Of a stretch of DNA of 64,000 nt, positions 9,747 to 20,289 are shown one piece after another (the stretch's first letter is position 1; each line of letters begins with the position of its first letter). The position numbers were made by a program, and so were the translations under genes. This DNA comes from Promethearchaeota archaeon (GTDB taxonomy: Archaea > Asgardarchaeota > Lokiarchaeia > Sigyniarchaeales > SOKP01), in the NCBI GenBank assembly GCA_019058365.1, contig JAHPZE010000004.1, positions 160,001 to 224,000 of the forward strand, written 5' to 3'. The notes below the pieces were generated by a model. That model was not told the DNA's origin. It ran no database searches and was given only the letters and a program-made list of their open reading frames with translations.

Positions 9747-11846
9747 ATGAAAGATTCTTTAATTAAAAAGTTTGTAAATCATATTGAGAGACACATTGAG
9801 AGTTTTGAAAATGAAAAATTTCTCCAAAAAAATGAGAGTCGGAATATTGGAATAATCTATACTCCGAACCAAGTTGTAGATTACATAGTATCTAATATCT
9901 TTAGAATCTATTTTGAAAGATATATATCTTTTAATAAAGATGCTAAAGATGAACCAAATTTAAAAGAAATTGTTCTTTCAGTAATTAAAGATCAGAAAAC
10001 AAAAGAGAATTTAACTAAAATAATTAGAAATATAAGGATACTAGACCCTTCTTGTGGCTCTGGGAGATTTTTAATATCAGTAGCTGAAAAATTATATCAA
10101 TTGTATAGAATATTAGAGCCAAATTTCTCTGATTTTGATATAAAAAAAGCAATAATAGAAAAAAATCTCTATGGTATTGAAATTGAATATTCTGCTATTC
10201 TTATCTCAAAACTAAGGTTAATTAAATGGGTTCTATCTTTTAATGAAAACAATGTCATATTTAAGACTCTTAACTCAGAGATTTTAAATCTCAAAAATGT
10301 AGACCAAATCGTTGAGAAATTAGATTTACATTTCAACTTTTTTAACTTAGATTATCTTTTAGAATTTAGCTCTGATAAATTTGATATAATAACTGGTAAT
10401 CCCCCTTACATAGAAAATAAAAAGATAAAAGATATTGAATTTAAGAAAAAATTAACTAAAAGATTTAATACGGCTTATAGATTATTCGATCTGTCTGTAG
10501 TTTTTATAGAAAAATCATTTGAATTATTGAAATCAAATTCTGGATGCCTCTCTATGCTAACAACGAATAAGTTTTTATCAGCAGATTACGGTATTCGAAT
10601 TAGAAAATTACTTATCAATAATACTACGCTTAAAGAAATCATTAATATCTCGTCAATACCGATCTTTAGGAAAACAGCTGCGTATCCAATAATAATATCT
10701 TTTAAAAAAGTACAACCAAATGAAGGTAATTTTATCAGAATAAAACATTTTGTAAAACTAAATGACTTTTTAGAAAATCGTAAAGTTAAGTCTAAATTTA
10801 TACCTCAAAACTTAATAAATATAATTCCTACGCTTGTATTTCCCATTTTTGGCAACTTCGATTTAATAAATTATTTGTATACAAATTTTTTACCTTTTTC
10901 ACAGACCTTTAAGGATTTAAAATTATATTATCGACCATTTGGGTTCTTAAATTGGGCTAAACATCTTAATAATATAAAAAGTTTTAGGAATTCTGATAAA
11001 GATTTACTGTTAGTAGGAACAGGTAATGTTGGGAGGTATTACATAAAGTTTGAAAAACCAATTAAAATTGCAGGAAAGAACTTAAATGTTTCATATTTTC
11101 AATTTAACAAAGAATACGAAAAAGTTTGGGCTGTATTGAAGAGTGAGAAATTAATTTTTAGAGAAATTGATAAACATTTAACATGGGTTTATGATCCCGG
11201 CTTATTTGCGAATGTAACAGGCTTATATCTTGTTCATTTACCCTCAATAAATAGAGATACACTGTTTTGTATTCTAACAATAATGAATTCAGAATTGATG
11301 GATTTAACCTTTAGATCTTTATTTGGAACTCTTCACATGTCTGGTGGTTATTTAAGATATAATGGTAGTTTTATTAAAAGATTACCAATGCCAAATAAAT
11401 TTCCTGCGTTTCTATCGCAACTCGGGAAAATGTTACAACTGATCTCTCAATTAAAATATGATTTTGACTCATATAGACCTGAAATCGTTAATAATCCAGA
11501 ATTAGATAGAATTAAAAAAAAGTATTATAAGGGCCTAAATAGTTATTTTAACTTTTTCAACAGATTAAGCAATTCTTTAGTGAAATTATTATATTTTGAT
11601 GACTTCTATTTAAAGTCTAATTTAGATTATAATATTCTAAGAGAAATGTTAGATTTAAAAATAGAACCGCAAAAGGTTCCATATAAATTTTTAATTCCTC
11701 GATTTAATATAAATAATTATGAGTTATATCAATTAAATGAATTAGATGACATTTTAGCTGAAATAAACAAATTATATAACCAACTTTATAATAACATGGA
11801 TATATTAAATCAAATAGATGATATAATAAAAAACAATTTTAGCTAA
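9747..11846 (+). CDS. N6-adenine DNA methyltransferase (Eco57I/TaqI-like, gamma group), apparently orphan
   Basis: IYTP, ILDPSCGSGRFL (motif I), GNPPY (motif IV), C-terminal TRD-like region ending IKRLPMP; no restriction nuclease gene adjacent. Confidence 0.88.
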   Translation: MKDSLIKKFVNHIERHIESFENEKFLQKNESRNIGIIYTPNQVVDYIVSNIFRIYFERYISFNKDAKDEPNLKEIVLSVIKDQKTKENLTKIIRNIRILDPSCGSGRFLISVAEKLYQLYRILEPNFSDFDIKKAIIEKNLYGIEIEYSAILISKLRLIKWVLSFNENNVIFKTLNSEILNLKNVDQIVEKLDLHFNFFNLDYLLEFSSDKFDIITGNPPYIENKKIKDIEFKKKLTKRFNTAYRLFDLSVVFIEKSFELLKSNSGCLSMLTTNKFLSADYGIRIRKLLINNTTLKEIINISSIPIFRKTAAYPIIISFKKVQPNEGNFIRIKHFVKLNDFLENRKVKSKFIPQNLINIIPTLVFPIFGNFDLINYLYTNFLPFSQTFKDLKLYYRPFGFLNWAKHLNNIKSFRNSDKDLLLVGTGNVGRYYIKFEKPIKIAGKNLNVSYFQFNKEYEKVWAVLKSEKLIFREIDKHLTWVYDPGLFANVTGLYLVHLPSINRDTLFCILTIMNSELMDLTFRSLFGTLHMSGGYLRYNGSFIKRLPMPNKFPAFLSQLGKMLQLISQLKYDFDSYRPEIVNNPELDRIKKKYYKGLNSYFNFFNRLSNSLVKLLYFDDFYLKSNLDYNILREMLDLKIEPQKVPYKFLIPRFNINNYELYQLNELDDILAEINKLYNQLYNNMDILNQIDDIIKNNFS

Positions 11847-11964
11847 AATGTAAGCCTTAACTAATTTTTCTTTAACTAAAATCGAATTAAAATTATATTT
11901 TAAGAAAGATTATATATTTAAAATATCAATAAGTAAAAAACAATTAAAATTGTGATTGAATATT

Positions 11965-12285
11965 ATGGCTAAAAAAAAAAAAATTGTTCCGAGTGAAGAA
12001 GAGGAACTTGAAATTCCAAATGGAAAAACTGATGAAGATGGAGATGAAGTTTTAGATTTATCTGATTGGAATGACGATTTAGAAAATGATGTTGAGTATG
12101 ATCTCAGCAAAATTAAAGATGATATGTTAGCAGATGAAACAGAAGATGAAGAACTCGGTATGGAAGTTGATGATGTTGTTAAGTTGTTAAGAGATGTAAA
12201 ATGTAAACCTTGCCCAGGTTTAAGAAGCAAGCCAGATTGTAAGGTTGCTCATGATTATGGGTGCCCAAAACCAAAGAAGCCATAA
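11965..12285 (+). CDS. Small acidic protein with C-terminal Cys cluster
   Basis: ATG at 11965 (ORF track starts at an upstream TTG); Lys-rich start, long D/E-rich middle, CKPC..C..C tail. Confidence 0.7.
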   Translation: MAKKKKIVPSEEEELEIPNGKTDEDGDEVLDLSDWNDDLENDVEYDLSKIKDDMLADETEDEELGMEVDDVVKLLRDVKCKPCPGLRSKPDCKVAHDYGCPKPKKP

Positions 12286-12348
12286 AAATTAATTTTTTAT
12301 TTTTTTATTAATTATTTACGAAATTTACTTTTAACTATATTTTTTTAG

Positions 12349-13356
12349 TTGAGCAGATTGCCTTCAAATACAATTAAACGCATAATATTAATAATTATTG
12401 ATGTTTTATTTAGCTGGTATATTTGGGAAGTAAATATTTGGTTAGGAAATCCTTGCTATACCACAGCCTTCTCGAGCTGTTTTATATTATCCGTAACAAC
12501 ATTTTTAATTGTGTATACTCCCTTCGAGATTTATTGGTCTTTTAGAGATCTCTGGTTTGATCGGTGGAGAAAACTTTTTCTCAAGGATTTAGAGGTTTCA
12601 AATATAAAAATTAATATTTCTGATGGATTTTTATCTGCAAATTTGGTAAAAAATCGAGAACAAGCCAAAATTGATTCAAAAAAGGCTATTATTATAGTTT
12701 GTCATGGTTTTTCTGACACAAAGGAAACACTTCAGTATTATTATTTTCCATTGGCGTATCAAGGTTATAATATATTAGCGTACGATGCTAGAGGTACAGG
12801 AAAATCTAAAAAATCCGGTAAAAGAAGTGAATTTTTAAAAAGAATTGAAGACTTTAAAAAAATTATCGAATGGGTTAAAAATCAAGAAGAATTTTCCAGT
12901 ATGAAAATTTTTTGTATCGGTTTTAGCATAGGAGCTATTACAGTCTTAAGTGGAGGGATTTTAGATAAAAAAATTGAAAAAATTATCGCAATTTCTTCAG
13001 TGTCTTATTATAAACAAAATATTTCTAAATATAATCCTATAATTATGTTAAGTTATTTATTAAAAGGAGTAAAATTATTTCCAAATGAAGAAGAAAACAA
13101 TCGTTTATCACCTTTTCTAATGATAAAAAATGCAAAAAAAGAGTTGACAATCGAAGAATGGAAAAAACTTTCTAATAAGGTTATGCTTATTCATTGTAAA
13201 AATGATAGAGTAATTAAATTCAAAAATTTTAAAGAAAATAAGAGGATCTTGGAATCTCAGGAGAAGAATATACTTATATTAAAGAAAGGGGGACACTCAC
13301 TGAAGAAAAACGAATGTATCTTGGTTGGAGCAACTCTTAATTTCTTAAAATTATAA
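12349..13356 (+). CDS. Membrane-anchored alpha/beta hydrolase
   Basis: Two N-terminal TM helices; CHGF, YDARGTG, nucleophile GFSIG, D in KNDRVI, GGH. Confidence 0.88.
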   Translation: MSRLPSNTIKRIILIIIDVLFSWYIWEVNIWLGNPCYTTAFSSCFILSVTTFLIVYTPFEIYWSFRDLWFDRWRKLFLKDLEVSNIKINISDGFLSANLVKNREQAKIDSKKAIIIVCHGFSDTKETLQYYYFPLAYQGYNILAYDARGTGKSKKSGKRSEFLKRIEDFKKIIEWVKNQEEFSSMKIFCIGFSIGAITVLSGGILDKKIEKIIAISSVSYYKQNISKYNPIIMLSYLLKGVKLFPNEEENNRLSPFLMIKNAKKELTIEEWKKLSNKVMLIHCKNDRVIKFKNFKENKRILESQEKNILILKKGGHSLKKNECILVGATLNFLKL

Positions 13357-13448
13357 TCTTTACTTTTTCTAGTTCATTTAGGATATTATTATACAAAAGC
13401 TTTCGATTAGAAATATCTAATAAGACCTTTAATGTATTATTTTTCATT

Positions 13449-14894
13449 TTAGTCAATAATTTTATTCCAATCTGAAAAATTGATGATTTTATTATAATTT
13501 TTAACTATACATGTAAATAATACACAACCTATGCAAAACATATTTACAAAATCCTCTATAGTTAAATTTAATAGCTTACAATTTTTTTCTGAGAATCCTA
13601 TTCCGCGCTCTACTTCAATTTGACCATCATAACCAGACAAATTAACTACAAAATCTTGTTTATTCAGTTTTTTTCTATTAATAAATTCTTCTCGGGCAAT
13701 TCTAGCTAAACCTCCAATAGGGATAACTTCACCATCTCTTTGAGCTAAATATATCCGTAAATCAAATGTATGTTTTCCTCCTCGCCAATCTATTAATGAG
13801 AAATCAGCCATCTCTTGAATTGTGTATGGGAAAGGATCACGGTTTTTCATAAATTTAGCAAAAAATTCCTTTTTACTTTCTTCAACAATATTTTTAATAT
13901 CAAGAGGATCTTCATCCTTAGAGATGGGAATGACTCCCGCTCCACCAGAACCCCCACTAGGTTTAATAATAAAAGGTTTCTTATATTCCTTTATGAGATA
14001 TATGAGCTTTTTTATTAAATCCTTCTCAGTATAAGCTTTCGTAAATAAAAGATATCTAAGATTATACTTTTTGAGAATATCTTTACTCAAAAAGCTTGCT
14101 AAATATGTTAAAGATTTATCATCAGTAACCTTGAATATAGGATTCACCAAAATTGAATTTATTTTATGGAAATCTTTTTTAATTAATTTTGAGAAATTTT
14201 TACTCTTGAAACGTCTTGTTATACCATCTCCTATTAAAACACCGACCTCTTCCCCCCTATATTTAATCCAATTATTAAAAAATGAAAGAGATGTGGATAA
14301 ATGTCTATAGTCAGCAATTAAAAAAACGACTTCGGCTTTAAAGTTTTTATCGTAATTATCTGTATTAAAAATTTTTACAGAATGTCCATTAGCTTTAAGT
14401 TTTTTTCTAAAATATTCTATCATTATTACTTTTTCATGAATCAATCCATCATCAACAGTTACTCCAACAAGTACAAGCATTTTATTGATATTTCTCTTAT
14501 TTCTTTTTAATGCCTGATTAATAGCTTCTAAATATCCATCATATAAAAAAGCTTGTTGTTTTTCGGTAATAATTGAAAGACCTCGGTGAGATCCTCCATT
14601 GGTTTCTAAAAGAAAAAATTTTTTCCCTTCAGGTTCATCTGATACCATGAAATCAATACTCCCTGCATAAAATGAGTCAGTACAATTCAAAATATTATCC
14701 TTGCTTTTTTTCATCTTTTCTAAAGCTCTATTCCTTACTTCATCAGTAAAGCTATCTTCTTGAGAAGTCCTTAAATCGACAAAAGATACTAAATCTAATC
14801 CTAAAGATTTTCCTAAATTGATTAATTCTAAGTCTGAATCTGATATTTCTGAGGACATAAATTTTAGAAACTTAGTGAGAAGATCTTCCTCCAT
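13449..14894 (-). CDS. Circularly permuted ATP-grasp ligase (putative peptide/amide ligase)
   Basis: Metal-binding SIDFMV...FFLLETNGGS lies near the N-terminus, ahead of IIKPSGGSGGAGV, YTIQE, FDLRIY, GGLARIA, VVNLS. Confidence 0.75.
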   Translation of the reverse strand: MEEDLLTKFLKFMSSEISDSDLELINLGKSLGLDLVSFVDLRTSQEDSFTDEVRNRALEKMKKSKDNILNCTDSFYAGSIDFMVSDEPEGKKFFLLETNGGSHRGLSIITEKQQAFLYDGYLEAINQALKRNKRNINKMLVLVGVTVDDGLIHEKVIMIEYFRKKLKANGHSVKIFNTDNYDKNFKAEVVFLIADYRHLSTSLSFFNNWIKYRGEEVGVLIGDGITRRFKSKNFSKLIKKDFHKINSILVNPIFKVTDDKSLTYLASFLSKDILKKYNLRYLLFTKAYTEKDLIKKLIYLIKEYKKPFIIKPSGGSGGAGVIPISKDEDPLDIKNIVEESKKEFFAKFMKNRDPFPYTIQEMADFSLIDWRGGKHTFDLRIYLAQRDGEVIPIGGLARIAREEFINRKKLNKQDFVVNLSGYDGQIEVERGIGFSEKNCKLLNLTIEDFVNMFCIGCVLFTCIVKNYNKIINFSDWNKIID

Positions 14895-14988
14895 AAATTA
14901 AAATAATTATATCACAATTTAAAAAAATTAGTCTTTGTATAATTTAAAAAAACTGAAAATAATTAACTAAATATTCATAAAATTAAAA

Positions 14989-16212
14989 TTAGAGATATAA
15001 ATATCCTTGATGGTTTCCTTTGGTTGATAATCGTAGACTCCCAAGCAAGATCTTCTTGACTTTGAGTTGTTCTTTGTAGTTAAAGTTTGAAAATAATAAA
15101 ATATAGTTTTTTTCAATATTTACTGTAAATAGAAGTCCTACTTCTATCAACTCTGATTTTTCAGTCATTAAACCTATTATTACATAATGGTAAGGTAGAT
15201 TAACTAGATCCTCAATATTTATTTCCTTTTCAATAATTTGAGCTTTTTCTTTATCATATTCTGTTTTTATAAATTTCATATTGTCTAAGGGAATTGATAT
15301 TTTCCTAAACTCTTCAAATTTTTTAGAAAATTGACTTTGACGTAAAAATCGTCTCTCATCTTTGTCTTTTTCATAGAAGTATTTATTCTCCTCTTTAATT
15401 AAATACATTTTTCTATTTTTTCTTGAACTCGAGGATGTCTTTTCGATGATTTCTAATTCTTCAATTGTATCATCATGAAATACTATTAAAACATCTGGAT
15501 CTAGAGTATTAATAAAAAAATTTTTATAGAGAATCCCTGCTTCGGTTTTTATCCAACCATCTGTATCAATTAATATAAAGTCGACGTCTTTATATTTCGC
15601 TACATAATCAGAAATTAAATTCTTACAGGAAAGAGAAACAATATATTTATTATCTCCTTTAGGGAAAGTGGCACCAATAAAAATAGTTTTCTCGGAATTA
15701 ATATTTTCACTTGAAATGATGTAATCATCAATTGTGCCAATATTAATTGTTGTGGGAATATATATAATTTGCTGTCCTAAATCAGAATCAAGATATCCTC
15801 CTTTTAATTCTTCTTTAAGGAAATTATTTGCTAAATATTTGATAAACGTTGTCTTCCCACTACTAGTTCCTAAAACCATTATTTTTAAAGGTTTATTAAC
15901 ATTCTGCTTCATTTCTTTTATTATCAAATCTTTAATTTCAATCCACTTTTGAGAGATCGAATTTTCTTCGATTTCTTTAAGATGATCTTCAAAATTAGTA
16001 TATATTTCTAATTTTGAAGTATCTATTGCATATAGGGGATAAATTTGAGCACTAGGGATAATTAAAGCATTTTCATCTGTAGAATCTGATGGTGAATTCT
16101 TCTTATCTGGAAGAAATATCTTGCCAAACACATCAATTTTTCCTTCTATTAACGTTATTCTTGCTGGACCTTTAATTAATAAAGTATGACCTTTATTTAT
16201 ATTCTTAATCAT
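14989..16212 (-). CDS. Clp1/Grc3-family polynucleotide 5'-hydroxyl kinase
   Basis: N-terminal TLLIKGPARITLIEG, P-loop GTSSGKTT, DSDLGQ, LIDTDGW, ERRFLR lid. Confidence 0.85.
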   Translation of the reverse strand: MIKNINKGHTLLIKGPARITLIEGKIDVFGKIFLPDKKNSPSDSTDENALIIPSAQIYPLYAIDTSKLEIYTNFEDHLKEIEENSISQKWIEIKDLIIKEMKQNVNKPLKIMVLGTSSGKTTFIKYLANNFLKEELKGGYLDSDLGQQIIYIPTTINIGTIDDYIISSENINSEKTIFIGATFPKGDNKYIVSLSCKNLISDYVAKYKDVDFILIDTDGWIKTEAGILYKNFFINTLDPDVLIVFHDDTIEELEIIEKTSSSSRKNRKMYLIKEENKYFYEKDKDERRFLRQSQFSKKFEEFRKISIPLDNMKFIKTEYDKEKAQIIEKEINIEDLVNLPYHYVIIGLMTEKSELIEVGLLFTVNIEKNYILLFSNFNYKEQLKVKKILLGSLRLSTKGNHQGYLYL

Positions 16213-16418
16213 AGAATATTCCTCTTTTATCTAAAAGTATTATAAAATCACAATTTCCTTCAATTTCTCTAATAGAATTTCTTGTGCATTCATAAAAATA
16301 AAGAAATGATGTCCCAACATTCTATCTAGTAAATATATGTCATTCATAAATTTAATTTTTTAAAATTGGTAAAGTCTACTTCTCGATATTTTTAGTAATT
16401 TATTTATAAATATATAAT

Positions 16419-17198
16419 TTAAGGACAAATATCTTGAATAAAATTAAAAAGTTCTGAAACGATTTCGTTATGATCTGGGCTGTCTAATATTGGATGATCA
16501 TTATGCACTAACCAAATTTTCTTCTTATTTTTTGCACTAATTTTGCTAAAAATATAATCCATACTATTTTTTTTAATAACAGAATCTAAACGGCCTTGAA
16601 ATAGTAATGCTGGACAATTTACTTGGGGTAATAATTTTTTCATCTCTTTCAATATATTTTTTATTTTGATCGCAATATTTACAGGAATCTTATCGTAACC
16701 AACCCATTTTCCATCTGTATCTTTTCTGAATTGTTCTGAAGTAACGCTGTGATATTTCACAAAAATTTTAAATATTGGAACTAAATTGAAGAGAAATGAT
16801 TGAATTCCTATTGGGGTGCTAATTGTAAAAATTCCATCTAAATTATGATTTGCTGCTAGTATCAAAGTTAAAATACCCCCCATAGAATGGCCTCCTACAA
16901 TAATCTTATCACATTTATCTTTCATAATCTTGATTTCTTTTTCTAATGCAGATTTCCATTCATCAATATGAGTGGTTTTTAAATCTTCAGGGGTAGTTCC
17001 AAATCCAGGAAGTAAGGGAACTTTAACAGTATAACCTCCTTTTGTATGCACATCTTCTGCTAGAGGCTTTAAATCTGCACATGTTCCACCACCACCACCA
17101 TGTATCATTAGGATTCCAATTTTATTTCCTTCAAAAAGAAAAGGACCGGCACCATTCATTATTTTCGGATTTTGATTATCCATCTTGTCACACATCAT
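16419..17198 (-). CDS. Carboxylesterase / monoacylglycerol lipase-like alpha/beta hydrolase
   Basis: PFLFEGNKIGILMIHG, LPGFGT, GHSMGG, QGRLDSV, DH. Confidence 0.88.
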   Translation of the reverse strand: MMCDKMDNQNPKIMNGAGPFLFEGNKIGILMIHGGGGGTCADLKPLAEDVHTKGGYTVKVPLLPGFGTTPEDLKTTHIDEWKSALEKEIKIMKDKCDKIIVGGHSMGGILTLILAANHNLDGIFTISTPIGIQSFLFNLVPIFKIFVKYHSVTSEQFRKDTDGKWVGYDKIPVNIAIKIKNILKEMKKLLPQVNCPALLFQGRLDSVIKKNSMDYIFSKISAKNKKKIWLVHNDHPILDSPDHNEIVSELFNFIQDICP

Positions 17199-17302
17199 TA
17201 TTATATATTAATAACAAATAACTAATAAGAATCTCCATATTTTAGAAGACCATTTGAGAAATAAACTATAGAATTTAAAACTTAAAAATATTTTATTTTT
17301 AT

Positions 17303-17830
17303 CTATCCTCTTAATTTTTTATAACAAGGAATGCACATATCAGAATTATTATATGTCATAAGTCGACTACTCATGGTGGGTTCTCCACATATCTCACATG
17401 GAACAGACTCCTCAATTTGAGCTAACTCTGGAGGATTAAATTCAATTTCATCAATATTAAATATATCTTCTGGTTTTGAGTTCAGCAACAACTGAATTTT
17501 CTCATTTCTTGTTAACTTTTTCTCACCAAATTCCCTGTTTTTTATTGCTAATTTTATACCTTTTTGGGTTCTTCGATCATAGAAGTAATAATTATTCTTC
17601 CCATAATCTTGATGGACAAGATTCCCCTTCCCATATGTTGTACCCAAAATCACTTGAAGTGCATCAACGCTACAATTATCATTCTCGACGACAGCAACTA
17701 ACTCTTCATTTGGAGAATAATGATATCCATGCTCTAAAACATGTTTAGCAGCTAAAACACCAATCGCTAAACCCGGACAAATATGTCCATGAAATCTAGC
17801 AGCTTTTTCCATTAACGCCTTAGCTTCCAT
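17303..17830 (-). CDS. fwdE: FmdE/FwdE-family protein with C-terminal zinc finger
   Basis: FHGHICPGLAIG, ENDNCSVDALQ, GKGNL, CEICGE...CIPC. Confidence 0.9.
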   Translation of the reverse strand: MEAKALMEKAARFHGHICPGLAIGVLAAKHVLEHGYHYSPNEELVAVVENDNCSVDALQVILGTTYGKGNLVHQDYGKNNYYFYDRRTQKGIKLAIKNREFGEKKLTRNEKIQLLLNSKPEDIFNIDEIEFNPPELAQIEESVPCEICGEPTMSSRLMTYNNSDMCIPCYKKLRG

Positions 17831-17938
17831 GTAAAACCATATAGTTTTTATTTTGATTAAATCTCAGTTATATAATTTATTAGATACTTTAAATATATCT
17901 ATCATAGCATTTCATAATAAAAGCTTACCATTATAAAT

Positions 17939-18433
17939 ATGAAATTTTTAGCCGATGCAATGCTAGGCAAGTTAACACGATTCCTAAGAATATTTGGTTT
18001 TGATACAATTTATGCCAATGATTTAATAGACTATTTTCAACTTGATCCAGTTCCAGATGAAAAGTTAATAGAGTATGCAAAAAGAAATGGAAGGATTATT
18101 ATTACAAAAGACTATGATTTATATAAGCATTACACAGAGAAGAGTTTTTTTCTCAACGGAGAAGGTATATATAACTACTTAAAGCAACTCAATAAACAGT
18201 GTGGTTTAAAATTTAAATTTAATCTTAAACGGGCGAGATGTTCAATCTGTAATTCACAGCTACAAAGAGTGGAAAATAAGAATTCAATAAAAAAGCTTGT
18301 TTTAGAAGAAACATACAACAATTATGATGAATTTTATCAATGTTTAAATCTTCAATGTAAAAAAATATATTGGCAAGGTTCTCATATTGAAGATATTGAG
18401 TATAAACTAAGTAATACTTTAGATTTTGATTAG
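17939..18433 (+). CDS. Mut7-C RNase (PIN-like) domain protein
   Basis: KFLADAMLGKLTRFLRIFGFDT, RCSICN, C..C.KIYWQGSH. Confidence 0.92.
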   Translation: MKFLADAMLGKLTRFLRIFGFDTIYANDLIDYFQLDPVPDEKLIEYAKRNGRIIITKDYDLYKHYTEKSFFLNGEGIYNYLKQLNKQCGLKFKFNLKRARCSICNSQLQRVENKNSIKKLVLEETYNNYDEFYQCLNLQCKKIYWQGSHIEDIEYKLSNTLDFD

Positions 18434-18438
18434 TAGTT

Positions 18439-18666
18439 TTATTTTTTAAAGTATTTTCCTTTGATTTCTAAGAATCTTTGTTTTGTTTTTTCAGCAAGTT
18501 CTGTGTAATTTCCCTTCATGTACATACCATAAGCTTGATTTAATAATTCAAGGCATTTACGATATTCTACGTTTTTAAAATGATTTTCTGAAAGAGATAC
18601 TAAATAATCCCCCTTTTTTTTATAGAATTCGATAAATTGTTGAGAAGTGTCTATTTTTTTATCCAT
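18439..18666 (-). CDS. Small helical (TPR-like) hypothetical protein
   Basis: 75-aa ORF filling the gap; amphipathic helices with a TPR-like EYRKCLELLNQAY segment. Confidence 0.65.
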   Translation of the reverse strand: MDKKIDTSQQFIEFYKKKGDYLVSLSENHFKNVEYRKCLELLNQAYGMYMKGNYTELAEKTKQRFLEIKGKYFKK

Positions 18667-18780
18667 TCTATTTTAACTATCCAAAATTTGGTTTTAATTA
18701 TAAGATATTTTATGAAATTAATAATAATAAATTATCTATATTCTTATTCACTTTTTTATCATCTATTTTTAGTACTTTAT

Positions 18781-20205
18781 TCAAAGATTGTTTGATTTCT
18801 TGCGAAATTCATCCATATCAATCACAGTTCCTTTTATTCGAGATTCATTAGCAGCAAAAGCCATTAAATGACTTTCAAGGCATTCTCTTGCATTTGTTAA
18901 TGGTTGAGTTTTTTCTTTACTGATGAGGGAATCAATGTAAGCGTTTAGTAATTCAAAATCTCCTACACCATACTCTCCGGATTCACGTGTTAATTTTTTT
19001 TTATATACAAGTTTTTCTTTTCCAGAAAAATGATCATAATAAAAGATTTTCTCACCACTTATATGAAATTCTCCTTTTAATGTTGCTTTTGTTCCGTCAA
19101 TTCTTAAAGTGCGACCCTCTTGTTCACTGAAACCATTCATTGTCAAATTAGCTGTAACTCCATTTTCGAATTCAATATTTACTACTTGATGATCAACTAC
19201 GTTATTATCGCATTTATATACACATCTGCCGTAGGGACTTTTTTTCAGAATTCTAACTTTTACTTCATCTGAATAATCTTCTTTTTGATCTGTATATAGA
19301 TAATAAATCGGAAAATCTCCATAGTACCTTAATTCTTTAAATAGAGGTATTATCTTTGAAATATATGTTAAAAAATTCACATGATTCTTTCTCAACCTTC
19401 CTAATATCTTTAGAAATTTGTTATCACTTTTTTCAATCATCTGAATTTGTGGTATAATGTCAATATATGTTCTAGGGGCATAATATAAACATTTATCTTT
19501 AATAGGACAACCATCTAAACAAAATTCTGGAGCTCCTTTCGGTGCGTTTTCTGATTTGAAATGGATTAAATTTCCAAAAGAACTTATCTTTTTAGGAAGT
19601 GAGCCCACCATATAATAAAGTAAATCAAGATCATGGCAACATTTTGTTAAAATCATTGGAGATGATTTATCTGCATTCGCCCAAGGGCCTCTGACATAAC
19701 TATGAGCATAGTGGTACCACATCACGTTTTCTCTATGAGTAATATTTATGATATCTCCCAAGAGCCCTTTTTGAATTATTTCATATATTGTCGAGAAAAA
19801 CCCAGTATATCTTAATACATGGCTCACACCTAAAATCTTTCCAGTCTCTTCTACTTTTTTCACGATTTTTATACAATCTTCTAATCTATGAGCCATGGGT
19901 TTTTCTAAAAGCACGTGATAACCTTTTTCTAATGCTAGTAGGCATGGGTCAGTATGCATTTGATCTTGTGTACAAATAAATGCAACATCTGCTAATTTAT
20001 CCTCTGAAAATAAATCTTCCCAGCTTTTATAGCATCGATTTGAGGGAATTCCGTGTAAATAAGCAAATTTTACACGTCGAGTTTTTATTGGTTCTGCAAT
20101 AGCTACAAAATTTAATTTATTTTTAAATCTTAGAGCGTAGTTTCCATAAATTTGAAGACCTCTTCTCCCTGCTCCTATTAAAACAGCACTAATCGGTAAT
20201 TCCAT
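18781..20205 (-). CDS. Gfo/Idh/MocA-family NAD(P)-dependent oxidoreductase
   Basis: IGAGRRG, LLEKPMA, HSYVRGPW, KCCHDLD, GRCVY. Confidence 0.92.
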   Translation of the reverse strand: MELPISAVLIGAGRRGLQIYGNYALRFKNKLNFVAIAEPIKTRRVKFAYLHGIPSNRCYKSWEDLFSEDKLADVAFICTQDQMHTDPCLLALEKGYHVLLEKPMAHRLEDCIKIVKKVEETGKILGVSHVLRYTGFFSTIYEIIQKGLLGDIINITHRENVMWYHYAHSYVRGPWANADKSSPMILTKCCHDLDLLYYMVGSLPKKISSFGNLIHFKSENAPKGAPEFCLDGCPIKDKCLYYAPRTYIDIIPQIQMIEKSDNKFLKILGRLRKNHVNFLTYISKIIPLFKELRYYGDFPIYYLYTDQKEDYSDEVKVRILKKSPYGRCVYKCDNNVVDHQVVNIEFENGVTANLTMNGFSEQEGRTLRIDGTKATLKGEFHISGEKIFYYDHFSGKEKLVYKKKLTRESGEYGVGDFELLNAYIDSLISKEKTQPLTNARECLESHLMAFAANESRIKGTVIDMDEFRKKSNNL

Positions 20206-20289
20206 TTTAAATACCTAAGAATTTCTCATAATAATTGAAGAATTGAGTTTGATAATATTTAATACCTAACTTAATTAATTATTTCCTAA

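Noticed and set aside
16240-16347. 35-codon minus-strand ORF (MNDIYLLDRMLGHHFF...)
   Set aside because: Too short, with no recognisable homology; could arise by chance
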